A stretch of DNA of 56,486 nucleotides, from the NCBI GenBank assembly GCA_964501035.1, contig CAZCRK010000005.1, positions 1 to 56,486 of the forward strand. The letters run 5' to 3'. The first letter of the stretch is position 1, and the number at the start of each line of letters is the position of its first letter. The notes under the pieces were generated by a model, which did no database searches, had not been told where the DNA came from, and saw only the letters and a list, made by a program, of their open reading frames with translations. This document shows positions 1 through 10,731 of this stretch, piece by piece. The translations under genes and the position numbers were made by a program.

Positions 1-94
1 ATTCAACAATTCCACCTAGATTTCTAAGTTGAGCTAATGTCCGTAGATGGTTTTGTCCCCACCTTCCTGCACCTATCACGCAAATATTTACCAT
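1..94 (-). CDS. Gfo/Idh/MocA-family oxidoreductase, N-terminus only (runs off the window edge)
   Basis: Manual translation from ATG at 94 gives MVNICVIGAGRWGQNHLRTL, a Rossmann GxGxxG motif plus the family-typical His. Confidence 0.75.
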   Translation of the reverse strand, partial: MVNICVIGAGRWGQNHLRTLAQLRNLGGIVE

Positions 95-97
95 TTA

Positions 98-1063
98 TTA
101 TTTACCATTTTTTAATTTATATAATTCAACGAATTCTAGACAAAACTGATATACCCTTTCAGTATTCTTACCATCATTTTTAAAGGATAGATGTTTTAAA
201 TACTTATTATTACGTTCTCGTTCTACTTTAAAGTTTAACATTTTTTCTAAATCAATTTTTTGTATTTGTTTATAATGTGGAATTTTAAAGTTTCTGTAAA
301 AATTCATCATTCCTTTGAAATATTTTTTCGTAAAGGTTGGATAATAACTAAACAATGGCTTTCTAAAATATAAAATTGGAATTAGTGTTGATGTTGGGGA
401 AGTAATAATTAAATCTGATTCAGATATATATTTAAATAAATTTTCATTATTTATGATTTTCACAAAATCTGGGATATTATTTTTTCCTATAAAGGACATT
501 TGACCTTTTTCCATTGGGTGTGGTTTTAATAAAAGCTCATAATTGAGGGATTTAGTTTGTTCAACAACTCTTTCCCAAACAATCTTAATTTTTCCTGGTA
601 TCTTCCAAGTTGATAAAAATAAAATTTTTGGTGTGTTATTTTTAACCGATTTATATTTTAACAAATCATCAAAGCGAGGATATCCTGTTATTATTAATTT
701 ATCAAGTGGACAATTGTATTTTTTCATCATGTTCAAATTATGTTGACCCCATAGCAGTTTAATATCAGCGTGACCGATAGATCTCCTATAATATTGTTTG
801 TTACTTTGGTAAAACATTGGTGTGCCATGTTCTATTGTAATATGAGGTATTTTATTTTGCGATGCAAGCTTACCAATTTCATTTTCTATATTCCACCATG
901 CTTGATTAGATAAAATTAAATCAATATTTTTCATTGTGGGGTCACTTAACTCATCAATTTTTTTTATGAATTTTATATTATGTTGTTTCTTAATAAATTT
1001 TGAAAAAAGATTTGATAAGTTTAGTTTATAGATTGATTGAGAATATGGAAACAATATATTCAT
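98..1063 (-). CDS. GT-B-fold surface-polysaccharide protein (CDP-glycerol/ribitol phosphotransferase-like or capsule-biosynthesis-like)
   Basis: EHG, TGYPRFD, KPHP and SDLIITSPTS motifs; lies in a glycosyltransferase cluster. Confidence 0.6.
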   Translation of the reverse strand: MNILFPYSQSIYKLNLSNLFSKFIKKQHNIKFIKKIDELSDPTMKNIDLILSNQAWWNIENEIGKLASQNKIPHITIEHGTPMFYQSNKQYYRRSIGHADIKLLWGQHNLNMMKKYNCPLDKLIITGYPRFDDLLKYKSVKNNTPKILFLSTWKIPGKIKIVWERVVEQTKSLNYELLLKPHPMEKGQMSFIGKNNIPDFVKIINNENLFKYISESDLIITSPTSTLIPILYFRKPLFSYYPTFTKKYFKGMMNFYRNFKIPHYKQIQKIDLEKMLNFKVERERNNKYLKHLSFKNDGKNTERVYQFCLEFVELYKLKNGK

Positions 1064-1073
1064 AAAACAAAAG

Positions 1074-1628
1074 CTATTTATAAGTTATTAAATATATTTT
1101 AATATTTTTATTAATAAATGATGACGCTAAAATTCTTCGAGAACCATCAATAACAAAAATTTCACAATTATTCACTTTACCACCAAGTTGTGCCAATACT
1201 TTCCCACTAATAAACAAAGGGAAATCAAGCTCGATATTTTGTTTTAACAATTTTGTAAGTTTTGTTATTGTTTTGAATCTACTTTTTGAAACTACATTTT
1301 TAATTTCAAAAGAGTTATTATCACTAATTGCATTTTTAATTTTATTAAAAATATTTTGATTATTGATAACAAACTCACAATTAAGCAATATAATACTTGA
1401 TTTAGTCCAAATATTTTTATCCCAGTAAACTTTATTTTTTAATTTTTTATGTATTATTTTTTTGACTAATCGCTTTACAATTGTCTTTTTAAACCCAATA
1501 CGACTAAATTTATAATTCTTTATAAATTTATGTAAATCTAAATTAAAATCCAACTCCAACTCATTAATTGGTTTTAATGTTACAATACTTTCTGTAACTC
1601 CTTTATTTGATTGGAAGTATTTTTCCAT
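1074..1628 (-). CDS. Hypothetical protein with a ParB/Srx-like IDGSRR motif
   Basis: 184-aa ORF tightly packed in the operon; C-terminal FVIDGSRRILAS. Confidence 0.45.
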   Translation of the reverse strand: MEKYFQSNKGVTESIVTLKPINELELDFNLDLHKFIKNYKFSRIGFKKTIVKRLVKKIIHKKLKNKVYWDKNIWTKSSIILLNCEFVINNQNIFNKIKNAISDNNSFEIKNVVSKSRFKTITKLTKLLKQNIELDFPLFISGKVLAQLGGKVNNCEIFVIDGSRRILASSFINKNIKIYLITYK

Positions 1629-1631
1629 AAT

Positions 1632-2357
1632 TTAATAGTATTTAAATTTTTGAATAATTCTTGCTAAATAGGGAAAATAATATTTAAAAAACCATTTTTT
1701 TCTAAATTGTTTACCATTTTTACTAAAGTGATCTTTCCAATTATTCAATTTAGTACTTGAAGTAACCTTTCCCTCATGAAAAATTAAAACTCTTTCATCA
1801 ATTAATATATCAAAATTTTTATCCCATACTGTCATACATAAATCAGCATCTTCACCACTAGCTATAGCATAGTCTTCACACCACATTCCAAAAGTTTTAA
1901 TCATTTCTTTTCTTCGCATGAAGTATGCAACACCAGAGGGTCCACGTTTGAATCTGCCTACTTTGATTACTTTTTTACCAGGCTTAATTCTTCGAGCAAT
2001 CCTCCTTCCATTTGTATAAACTGGAGAAACAATTCCAGCATTTGGATTCTTTTCCATGGTATCAACAAGTAGTTTATCCCAGTTCTCAGGAAACTCTGTA
2101 TCATTGTTTGCAAGTAATAAATATTCTCCAGTTGCAATTTTTATTCCTTCATTAAATCCTTTTGGAAAACCTTGATTAGAATCAAAAATTATACATTTAT
2201 CTGCAATTTTTCTAACCCATTGTTGAGTTTCCTTTTTTGACCCATTGTCTACTATGATTAATTCATAAGTTAAAGATGTATTAGAACGAATACTTTTTAC
2301 AAAAGCTTCGGTGTAAGATCTATTGTCCCACGATAGTGTTATAATTGAAATTTTCAT
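1632..2357 (-). CDS. Glycosyltransferase family 2
   Basis: IIVDNGS, NQGFPKGFNEG, ANNDT and EDADL motifs. Confidence 0.9.
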   Translation of the reverse strand: MKISIITLSWDNRSYTEAFVKSIRSNTSLTYELIIVDNGSKKETQQWVRKIADKCIIFDSNQGFPKGFNEGIKIATGEYLLLANNDTEFPENWDKLLVDTMEKNPNAGIVSPVYTNGRRIARRIKPGKKVIKVGRFKRGPSGVAYFMRRKEMIKTFGMWCEDYAIASGEDADLCMTVWDKNFDILIDERVLIFHEGKVTSSTKLNNWKDHFSKNGKQFRKKWFFKYYFPYLARIIQKFKYY

Positions 2358-2363
2358 TAATAA

Positions 2364-2993
2364 TTATTTTCTTTTTTTCCAACTTCTGCTTAAATCATTC
2401 TGAACACCACCAATTATTGTATCTGTAAAATTGGGGGTATACTGTTTTAAAATTTTTTTAAGATAAATAAAATCTCCACCACCACGATTTGGCCAAGTAA
2501 ATTGTTTGGCAATTTCTGATTTAATGGCATAACAGGATCCTCCAACTTCTCCCCGTTTAATAACTTCTCCAATTATTTTATTTTTATGGTTTGGACCTAA
2601 TTGAAATTTGCCAATTAAAACATTAGAATTCTTATTAATAACTTCTTCAACCCATGTTTTTGTAATTAATTTATCATCATCATCTAAGAAAAACACAAAA
2701 TGGCCATTTGGTATTAATGGTAGTGCTTCATTAAAATAACAATTTGTAAAATTGTGATGCCTAATCCACCATTTTTTTCTACCTGGTTTGACTTTGATTA
2801 TCTTAGTTGAAATGTCAAAATTTTTATTTAAGTAGTTATTTTCACTATCAGAAATAATTAGCCAATTAGGTTTTACTGTTTGACTTAATAGAGATTCGTA
2901 ACAATTATTGAATTCTATTTCCCTTTCATGAGTTCGTGTTATTATATATACTCTTTTATTATTCAAATCATTTCCATCAAATTTTCCATCCAT
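2364..2993 (-). CDS. GT-A-fold (GT2-like) glycosyltransferase
   Basis: IITRT, FFLDDDD and GGDF motifs. Confidence 0.7.
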   Translation of the reverse strand: MDGKFDGNDLNNKRVYIITRTHEREIEFNNCYESLLSQTVKPNWLIISDSENNYLNKNFDISTKIIKVKPGRKKWWIRHHNFTNCYFNEALPLIPNGHFVFFLDDDDKLITKTWVEEVINKNSNVLIGKFQLGPNHKNKIIGEVIKRGEVGGSCYAIKSEIAKQFTWPNRGGGDFIYLKKILKQYTPNFTDTIIGGVQNDLSRSWKKRK

Positions 2994-3805
2994 AATTTTT
3001 TAATTCTAGACGGATTATATTTAGGGTTTTTATAATTTTGACAACCATGTTCTTGATTAAAATATTTTACTGCTCTTCGATTTCTGAAAAAAGTACTAAT
3101 AAATGGTCTCCATCGTTTACTACAACTATCTAATGTTCGAATTGAATCTGTAAAACATGCTTTAAATTTTTGTTTTTGATATTGAGAGTACAACTTAAAC
3201 CATACATCGGAATCAATACCACATGAAATTTGTTCGGTCCATTCACCAAACCCTTTAATTTTATTTAACAACTCTTTCTTAACTCCAAAAGTTGTACCTT
3301 GAACTCGCTTGCTTTCAAATTTTCTTAATTTTCCATTGCTATCTTGAATTTGTCCAAAAAAAACATCATAATCATTAAATAAAATAAAAATATTATCAAT
3401 TGAATTGTCTGAAATAAAAAAATTATCATCATCTAAAAAAAATAAATTCTCACTTTTTGCGATTGATGATGCCACATTCCACAACCGTGCTTTAGACATA
3501 CATTTTTTGTCTTTAGGTAAATAAAGCCAATGAGAAATTTCTGGGAAGGACAAATTTTTATTTTTTAGAAAATTAGCTAATTTATCACCATCCAAATCAA
3601 ATACAGCTCTATCATTCCAATGTATTTTATTGCAATTCAAGTTAGAAATATCTGCATTTGTAATTGAACCATCATCTGCAACTATAATTTCAATATTAAA
3701 TGAGTTTTTCTGTTCAGAAATTAACTGCACAGTTCTTTGAAATGATTCAAAACAATTTGGATGATTTCCAGGGTCAAAATGTGCTATTATTATACTTATA
3801 TCCAT
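2963..3805 (-). CDS. Glycosyltransferase family 2
   Basis: IIVADDGS, FFLDDD and GFGE..IDSD motifs. Confidence 0.8.
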   Translation of the reverse strand: MDISIIIAHFDPGNHPNCFESFQRTVQLISEQKNSFNIEIIVADDGSITNADISNLNCNKIHWNDRAVFDLDGDKLANFLKNKNLSFPEISHWLYLPKDKKCMSKARLWNVASSIAKSENLFFLDDDNFFISDNSIDNIFILFNDYDVFFGQIQDSNGKLRKFESKRVQGTTFGVKKELLNKIKGFGEWTEQISCGIDSDVWFKLYSQYQKQKFKACFTDSIRTLDSCSKRWRPFISTFFRNRRAVKYFNQEHGCQNYKNPKYNPSRIKKLWMENLMEMI

Positions 3806-4455
3806 CAGTTTTTGCTAATCAAAAACTCTGCTTTAGCAATGTCAATATTCATTGTAATTTTAAAATTTTGTTTATCCCCATCGATAAGTTTTATTTTTAT
3901 ATTAGGATTAAATTGAAGAGCCATTCCAACTTCATCCGTTCCTTCAATTTTTGATTCAAACACTTCCCTGATAATCTTTGATTTAAAGCACTGTGGGGTC
4001 TGAACTTGTTTAATTTCTCTTCTATTTACATATGAGACTGTGTCATCTTTAAAAGAAACCAGAGAATTATTTGAGTTTTGTACAGGAACAACAACTTCAA
4101 ACTCATTAAGATTATCAATACAATTTGAAATAATTTTTGAAGAAACAAATGGACGTGCTGCATCATGAATTAATATATTTTCAGATAGTGGGTTACAAGC
4201 TAAAACTCCATTTTTAGATGAATCTTGTCTTCTTGTTCCGCCAACAACAACCTTACATTTTGGATAATGAGTTTCTACATGATGAATCCAATCTTTATGA
4301 CAAACTATTATAACTTCATCTATATTTGGTTGATTTAAAAATGTATTGACAGAATAAGACAACATCTCTTTGTTTTTTATTTTTAAAAATTGTTTTGGAA
4401 TGCTGGTTTTCAACCTTGAACCCGAACCACCTGCTACAATTACTGCTGAATTCAA
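3805..4455 (-). CDS. ispD: IspD/TarI-family cytidylyltransferase
   Basis: AGGSGSR, PKQF, GGTRRQDS, IHDAARPF, QTPQ and NFKIT motifs; TTG start. Confidence 0.8.
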   Translation of the reverse strand: MNSAVIVAGGSGSRLKTSIPKQFLKIKNKEMLSYSVNTFLNQPNIDEVIIVCHKDWIHHVETHYPKCKVVVGGTRRQDSSKNGVLACNPLSENILIHDAARPFVSSKIISNCIDNLNEFEVVVPVQNSNNSLVSFKDDTVSYVNRREIKQVQTPQCFKSKIIREVFESKIEGTDEVGMALQFNPNIKIKLIDGDKQNFKITMNIDIAKAEFLISKN

Positions 4456-6282
4456 TTAACTGCTCCCAAACTGAATATCATATAATTTTTTATAATGACC
4501 ATTCTTTGTAATAAGTTCAGAGTGATTTCCAGATTCAATAAGCTGCCCATTATCAAACACTAAGATTTTATTCGCTTTAGTAATAGTGGATAATCGGTGT
4601 GCAATAACAATTACTGTACGATTTTGAACCAAATTATCTATAGCAATTTGTACTTTTCTTTCTGATTCAGTGTCTAGAGCTGAGGTTGCTTCATCTAAAA
4701 TGAGTATTTCTGGATTTTTCATGATAGCACGAGCTATCGATAGTCGTTGTTTTTGCCCTCCAGAAAGACGTGTTCCTTTTTCACCAATTATAGTGTTAAA
4801 TCCTTTAGGCAGATTTTCAATAAATTCAAAAGCATTTGCACCTAATGCAGCATTTTTAATTTGTTCAATTTTTGCCTCCTCTATCCCATAGGCAATATTG
4901 TTTGCAACCGTATCATTAAACAGAATAACCTCCTGAGTAACAATACCCATCAAAGAACGTAAAGAATATTGTGAAATCTCGTTAATATTGTGAGAATCAA
5001 TTGTGATAGTCCCACTACTTACATCATAAAATCTAGGTATTAAATCTACAAAAGTAGATTTCCCAGCACCACTACTACCAACTAGTGCAACAATTTCGCC
5101 CTTACGAATGGTTGTATCAACATTTAGTAGAGAGGGTGTGTCTGATGATTCATATTGGAAAGAAACATCATTAAATTGAATACTATTTTGAAACGAATCA
5201 ATGTAAATGGGGGTACTAGCATCTTTAATATCATTTGGTGTATCTAAAATTGAAAATACACGTGTTGCTGAGGCGAGACCGGCTTGAATTTGCGCATTCA
5301 CATTTCCTAGTTTTCGTGCGGGTTGAAGCATAGCAAATAGAAAAATGATAAATCGTAAAAAACTATCTGGAGAAAGTGTTTGGTTTGAAAGAACTTCATT
5401 TCCACCAATCCATAATAGAATTACTCCCATGGAAACACCAACCATATCATTTAAGGGAGTGGTTAAAAAACGAAGTCTATCTTGTCTGAACAATAAAGTA
5501 AAAAATTTCTTAGTTTCTTCTTGAAATCGATGATTTTCAAATTTTTCTTTAGCAAATGCTTTTACAATCCTGATTCCTGATATACTTTCTTGAAGGATAT
5601 TTATAACCCCAGCAATTTGTTTACTTGAACGCTTGGCTTTTCTACGGATACTTTGGCCCAGCTTTATGATTACAAATGCAGAAATTGGAATGGTTATTAT
5701 AGCAATGAATGTCAATTTTGCACTTATCAAAAATAACATGAATACCAATACGAGAATGTTTAATGGTTCATTTATTAAATTTTGAATTGATTGAGTAAAT
5801 GCAGTCCGTAATGCTGATACATCATGTAGGACAATAGACGTAATTTCACCTGATTTATTCTTATCATAAAAAGGTATAGGCAGATTATGCAAATGTTTAA
5901 ATACTTTGTTTCGAATATCTTGAATCATTTTATTTTGTACAAAAGATAGTGAAACATTATTAATGTAAAAGAAAATATTTTTAAAGAGAAAACTTACAAG
6001 TAAAATCAAACACAACATTTTTAACTGTTCAAGTTGAGAACCTGAGCCAATTAAAGATTGAGCCAATTGCTCTAACTTTTGATTTATTGAAAGCTCACCT
6101 ATCACTTTGCTTTGTAGAGAACTATTACCACTCGTTGGATTCATTATAGTGCCAATTAATGAACTAATCATCCACAATGAAAAGGTATTCATAACTACAA
6201 ATAATATAGAAGAAATCAATGATATGAGTACCATTAACCGATATGGTTTAACAAATTTTAATATGCGAAAATAAATTTTCAA
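4456..6282 (-). CDS. msbA: MsbA-like lipid flippase ABC transporter (TMD+NBD)
   Basis: N-terminal TM domain, Walker A GSSGAGKS, LSGGQ, LDEATSALD; near lpxL. Confidence 0.8.
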   Translation of the reverse strand: MKIYFRILKFVKPYRLMVLISLISSILFVVMNTFSLWMISSLIGTIMNPTSGNSSLQSKVIGELSINQKLEQLAQSLIGSGSQLEQLKMLCLILLVSFLFKNIFFYINNVSLSFVQNKMIQDIRNKVFKHLHNLPIPFYDKNKSGEITSIVLHDVSALRTAFTQSIQNLINEPLNILVLVFMLFLISAKLTFIAIITIPISAFVIIKLGQSIRRKAKRSSKQIAGVINILQESISGIRIVKAFAKEKFENHRFQEETKKFFTLLFRQDRLRFLTTPLNDMVGVSMGVILLWIGGNEVLSNQTLSPDSFLRFIIFLFAMLQPARKLGNVNAQIQAGLASATRVFSILDTPNDIKDASTPIYIDSFQNSIQFNDVSFQYESSDTPSLLNVDTTIRKGEIVALVGSSGAGKSTFVDLIPRFYDVSSGTITIDSHNINEISQYSLRSLMGIVTQEVILFNDTVANNIAYGIEEAKIEQIKNAALGANAFEFIENLPKGFNTIIGEKGTRLSGGQKQRLSIARAIMKNPEILILDEATSALDTESERKVQIAIDNLVQNRTVIVIAHRLSTITKANKILVFDNGQLIESGNHSELITKNGHYKKLYDIQFGSS

Positions 6283-6860
6283 ATTGGATATTTTCCGTCG
6301 CCCTGCCTAACAACAACTTCAGGTGTTTCAGTGAAGTCAATTATAGTTGACCCTTTTGAGTTATGTAAAACCGTATCTTCAAAAATATCAACATTAGGAA
6401 AGTCAATTTCAACCTGTGTTACATCATTTAGTGGAGCTTTTCCATGTCGATTTATGCTCGTTGTTATAACGGGTTTTTCAAGTTTTTCAGCTAACTGTAT
6501 TGGAAAATTATGATTTGGAATGCGAATCCCAATTTTGGGTGAACCATTTTGCACAAATGGAGATAAATCTGAATCTTTCGATTCTAGTAATGCAGTATAA
6601 GGACCTGGAAATAAAGATGAAAATTTATCTAAAATTGATGCGTCAAAATGGGCATATCTCGAAATTTCTTGTATTGAATGTAATACAATGCTCAAAGGTT
6701 GACTTCTTCCTTTTAATGCATTTAATTTTTTAATGGCATCGGTATTTGTGGCATCAACTCCAAACCCATACAGAGTATCTGTAGGATACACAATTACCTC
6801 ACCACTTTCAAGAGCAGTTAATGCTAACTTTAAATAATCATCTTTTGCCGGGTAAATCAT
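6279..6860 (-). CDS. tsaC: Threonylcarbamoyl-AMP synthase (TsaC/Sua5)
   Basis: YPTDTLYG, LKGR, PGPYT, IGIRIP, TTSIN and GSTIID motifs. Confidence 0.9.
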   Translation of the reverse strand: MIYPAKDDYLKLALTALESGEVIVYPTDTLYGFGVDATNTDAIKKLNALKGRSQPLSIVLHSIQEISRYAHFDASILDKFSSLFPGPYTALLESKDSDLSPFVQNGSPKIGIRIPNHNFPIQLAEKLEKPVITTSINRHGKAPLNDVTQVEIDFPNVDIFEDTVLHNSKGSTIIDFTETPEVVVRQGDGKYPI

Positions 6861-7744
6861 TTTTCTAACTGTTTGTAAATTGTTTTATCCCATTTTTTGT
6901 GAAACCAAAAATATTGATGGGGGTATTGAATAATTTTTTCTTCCAATAAATGTGAAAATTTTTGATTAATTTCTTTTACTGCTACATCATATTCGTTTGA
7001 TAAGTTGCTTAAATCCATCTCATGTAACGATAGTGAATAGGAATAATCATCGGATAATATACAAAATCCTACTAAAATAGGAGAATGTGTTTTCAAATGA
7101 AAATGGGCAGCGCCCTTTGGTATGGATGTCTTTTCATTAAAAAAATCAACTTTAACTCCAGCTTTTCCTGCATTTTGATCACTTGCCAACCCTAAAAACG
7201 ATCCATTTTTCAATGCCTTCATTAGAGCAAGTTTTGCACCTTTTCGAGGGATTAATTCAATATATTTAAAACGTCGTACTTGTTTAAAAAATAAATCACT
7301 TCCTCTATTTCTCTGTGTTTGATACACAACACTAAAAGGAAAGTCCTCTCCAATAGCTGGTAAAAAGAGTTCCCAATTTCCAAAATGCCCGGTCATTATT
7401 ATTCCACCCTTTGTATTTTCAAGCAGATCTTTACTTGTGGGCTCTATTGATAAAATATTGGTAAGGGCATTTTTAGTCAATTTGGGTGACCGTAAAAAAT
7501 CAATCATAAGCATACCAAAATGATGGTACATTTTTTTAATTATTAATTCTACTTCTTGGTGTGTCTTTTTAGGAAAAGCTTTTCTAATATTAAATCTAGC
7601 TACATTTTTTCTGATAGGGATGCAAATTCGAATAAAACTACCTAAAATCCTACCTACATATAGTGCACACTTTCGAGGTAGAATCCGAACACTCAAGCTC
7701 AAAGCATGTAGAAAATAATATGTTATTTTTTCTTTAAGTGACAA
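6857..7744 (-). CDS. Lipid A late acyltransferase (LpxL/HtrB family)
   Basis: TGHFGNWE, SDQ and PHQYFWFHKKW motifs. Confidence 0.85.
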   Translation of the reverse strand: MSLKEKITYYFLHALSLSVRILPRKCALYVGRILGSFIRICIPIRKNVARFNIRKAFPKKTHQEVELIIKKMYHHFGMLMIDFLRSPKLTKNALTNILSIEPTSKDLLENTKGGIIMTGHFGNWELFLPAIGEDFPFSVVYQTQRNRGSDLFFKQVRRFKYIELIPRKGAKLALMKALKNGSFLGLASDQNAGKAGVKVDFFNEKTSIPKGAAHFHLKTHSPILVGFCILSDDYSYSLSLHEMDLSNLSNEYDVAVKEINQKFSHLLEEKIIQYPHQYFWFHKKWDKTIYKQLEK

Positions 7745-7874
7745 ATGTAATTAATTGATAATCGTCAGAAGTGGAAATTTACTTTTTATTATACTCCAAA
7801 TCACAGAATTATTAAGGGAAAAATTACCTCCAAAACTATTGGTTGATTATTGCATGATGAAGTAAATTGCTAAT

Positions 7875-9230
7875 ATGAAACAGCTACGTTTAATATCTAT
7901 CCTGTTTTACTTTTGTATAGAATCTATTTTTGCAACGGTATCTCATATTCCCATTTCTGGCACGATTGATATGGGACTCCCTTATTTTATCGACCGGTCG
8001 ATTGCTGAAGCTGAGTCATCATCATCCGATGTTATTATTTTTGAAATTGATACGTTTGGAGGTAGAATTGATGCAGCCACTCAAATCAAAGACTTAATTC
8101 TAGATACTAGCATACCAACAATTGCATTTATCAATAAACGTGCAATTTCAGCAGGCGCACTTATTTCACTTTCATGTGACTCTATATTTATGACGGAAGG
8201 TGCTACAATTGGTGCTGCCACTGCAGTTGACCTTGAAGGCAAAAAAGCATCAGAAAAAGTACTCTCGTATATGCGAGAAGAAATGGCATCAACAGCTGAA
8301 GTCCATAATCGATCGCGTGAAATTGCAGAAGCAATGGTAGATGAAGATATTGAAATTTCTTTTATGTTAAATTTAGTCGGAGATACATTAACTTCTGCGG
8401 AAGTAGAAGGATTTAATAAGGGGAAGCTCATCACATTATCCACACAAAATGCAATACAATTAGGAATTGCAAATGGAGAGTTTAACTCCCTCGACAGTAT
8501 TTTAAAACATGTAGAATTAGAACATGAAAAAGTAGTTTCAAATACTGAAACATGGTCAGAAATATTAGTTCGTTTTTTAACAAACCCAAACGTTGCCCCA
8601 CTACTAATGAGTTTAGGCATGTTAGGTTTATTCTTTGAAGTTAAATCTCCGGGGTTTGGAATTCCAGGAATTTTAGGTTTATTGTGTCTTGGCTTATTTT
8701 TTGGAGCGCATCTACTTGTTGGATTGGCAGATATGGTGGACTTTCTCATTTTGTTTGCGGGGCTATTCTTTATTGTACTTGAAATTACAGTTATTCCGGG
8801 TTTTGGAGTTGCTGGAATTACAGGTTTAAGTCTTTTCCTATTTGCCTTATTTAGAATGTTGTTGGGTGAATATCCAACCTATGATGATTATCAATCCGCA
8901 TATAAGGGAGTAAGTATTGGGATTGTTTCTTCGATACTTTCAGGAATAATCCTGTTTAAAGCACTTATAAAAACCAAAATGTATAATCGAATTATTCCAA
9001 TTACATCTCAAAAAAGTGAAGAAGGATTTACCATTTCAAAAGGATATGAGGAACTTATTGGAAAACATGGTGTTGCAGTAACCAATTTGCGCCCGGGTGG
9101 CAAAATTTTAATTTATGACTCTGAATATCAAGCAATGAGTCATGGAAATTTTATTGAAAAAGATACACCAGTTATTGTGGATTCTGTTGATGAGAATCAA
9201 TTGGTTGTATCCAAGAAACTTAACAAATAG
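7875..9230 (+). CDS. nfeD: Long NfeD (ClpP-like domain, TM domain, OB fold)
   Basis: [23 protein letters not shown] and TNLRPGGK motifs; upstream of floA. Confidence 0.9.
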   Translation: MKQLRLISILFYFCIESIFATVSHIPISGTIDMGLPYFIDRSIAEAESSSSDVIIFEIDTFGGRIDAATQIKDLILDTSIPTIAFINKRAISAGALISLSCDSIFMTEGATIGAATAVDLEGKKASEKVLSYMREEMASTAEVHNRSREIAEAMVDEDIEISFMLNLVGDTLTSAEVEGFNKGKLITLSTQNAIQLGIANGEFNSLDSILKHVELEHEKVVSNTETWSEILVRFLTNPNVAPLLMSLGMLGLFFEVKSPGFGIPGILGLLCLGLFFGAHLLVGLADMVDFLILFAGLFFIVLEITVIPGFGVAGITGLSLFLFALFRMLLGEYPTYDDYQSAYKGVSIGIVSSILSGIILFKALIKTKMYNRIIPITSQKSEEGFTISKGYEELIGKHGVAVTNLRPGGKILIYDSEYQAMSHGNFIEKDTPVIVDSVDENQLVVSKKLNK

Positions 9231-9238
9231 GAGCAATT

Positions 9239-10249
9239 ATGAGTGATTTATTTTTCTTTTTACCCTTCCCTATGTTCATAATAGGTTTAATAGTACTGTT
9301 GTATTTTGTACCTTTGGGTTTGTGGATTCAAACCGGTGTATCAATTGGTTGGGGAAAAATTGGCATGATCAAATTAGTGGTCATGAGAATCCGAAAAATT
9401 CAACCCAGACTCATTGTAGATGCAATAATTAACCTACACAGAGCTGGACTTGATTTTATTTTACCAGAAGAACTTGAAACTCACTTTCTTGCTGGGGGTG
9501 ATGTAAAATCTGTGGTAGATGCTCTCATAGCAGCTGATAAAGCAAACATTGAACTTGATTTTAAAACAGCAACTGCTATTGATTTAGCAGGTAGGGATGT
9601 AAAAGAAGCTGTACAAACATCAGTTTATCCCAAAGTAATCGATTGTCCTATTGAAAATAAAGTATCTGCTGTTGCAAAAGATGGTATAGAAATTCGTGCA
9701 AAAGCTAGAGTTACAGTTCGAACCAATATTGAACAACTTGTGGGTGGTGCAACAGATGATACAGTTATTGCTCGTGTGGGTGAGGGAATTGTGAGCGCAA
9801 TTGGATCAGCAACTTCATATAAGGCAGTGCTTGAAAATCCGGATGAAATTTCAAAATCTGTACTTTCTAAAGGATTGGATACAGGAACAGCGTATTCTAT
9901 TTTATCTATTGATATTGCGGATGTTGATGTTGGTAAAAATGTGGGTGCCCATTTAGAAGCTGACCAAGCAGAAGCTGACAAAAAAGTTGCACAAGCAAAA
10001 GCTGAGAGTCGCAGAGCAATGGCGGTAGCTGCAGAACAAGAAATGAAAGCGAAGGTTCAAGATATGCGTTCCAAAGTTATTGAAGCAGAAGCTGAAGTTC
10101 CTAAAGCAATGGCGTTTGCATTTAAAGAAGGTAATCTTGGAATTATGGATTACTATCGAATGAAAAACATCCAATCTGACACACAGATGAGGGAATCTAT
10201 TTCAGGTGAAGATTCTCAAAGTGATACATCTGAACCAACAAATGATTAG
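9239..10249 (+). CDS. floA: Flotillin-like protein FloA/YqfA (UPF0365)
   Basis: [31 protein letters not shown] and GIMDYY motifs. Confidence 0.9.
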   Translation: MSDLFFFLPFPMFIIGLIVLLYFVPLGLWIQTGVSIGWGKIGMIKLVVMRIRKIQPRLIVDAIINLHRAGLDFILPEELETHFLAGGDVKSVVDALIAADKANIELDFKTATAIDLAGRDVKEAVQTSVYPKVIDCPIENKVSAVAKDGIEIRAKARVTVRTNIEQLVGGATDDTVIARVGEGIVSAIGSATSYKAVLENPDEISKSVLSKGLDTGTAYSILSIDIADVDVGKNVGAHLEADQAEADKKVAQAKAESRRAMAVAAEQEMKAKVQDMRSKVIEAEAEVPKAMAFAFKEGNLGIMDYYRMKNIQSDTQMRESISGEDSQSDTSEPTND

Positions 10250-10251
10250 TA

Positions 10252-10689
10252 TTGTATAATTTAGCTGAAATAAATCCGAGTATATGGTTCCTCATAGTAT
10301 GGGGAATCATATCTTGGCTGTCAGATCAAAAAAAGAAAAAGAAAAAACAGATTCAAAACGACTCTGCTGAAGAATCAAAACCATCAGACCTACACGAAAG
10401 ATTACAACGACTTAAAGATCATATGGCTTCAGAACTAGACTTCTTTCCCAATAATGAAACAGTACCTGTTGTTGAAGAACCAGTGATTGATTTAGATGTT
10501 GATGAGATTGAGGAAGATGAAGATTCGTTTGCGAATGAATTGTCTGAAATCAAAAATAATCCACCAGTTCAAAGGGCAACAGTAAAAAAGAAATTTAATT
10601 TTAGAAGTTCAAATCTTAAACAAGCCATTATATTTAAAGAGATATTAGACAAACCTCGCGCATTAAAACCAATTACAGATGATTGGTAG
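10252..10689 (+). CDS. YqfB-like third gene of the nfeD-floA operon
   Basis: N-terminal hydrophobic helix, acidic linker, C-terminal LKQAIIFKEILDKPRA. Confidence 0.6.
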   Translation: MYNLAEINPSIWFLIVWGIISWLSDQKKKKKKQIQNDSAEESKPSDLHERLQRLKDHMASELDFFPNNETVPVVEEPVIDLDVDEIEEDEDSFANELSEIKNNPPVQRATVKKKFNFRSSNLKQAIIFKEILDKPRALKPITDDW

Positions 10690-10731
10690 TTGGATAAAAG
10701 AAAACATTAAAAATACTAATAGTAATCATTA

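Noticed and set aside
8081..8749. Long antisense ORFs (also 9625-9981, 22760-23140, 27924-28379, 32120-32455 and other short ones)
   Set aside because: They are shadows of well-supported genes on the opposite strand and have no recognisable motifs.
7875..10689. nfeD-floA-yqfB operon and the M16 heterodimer pair as novel systems
   Set aside because: Both are well-known conserved arrangements.
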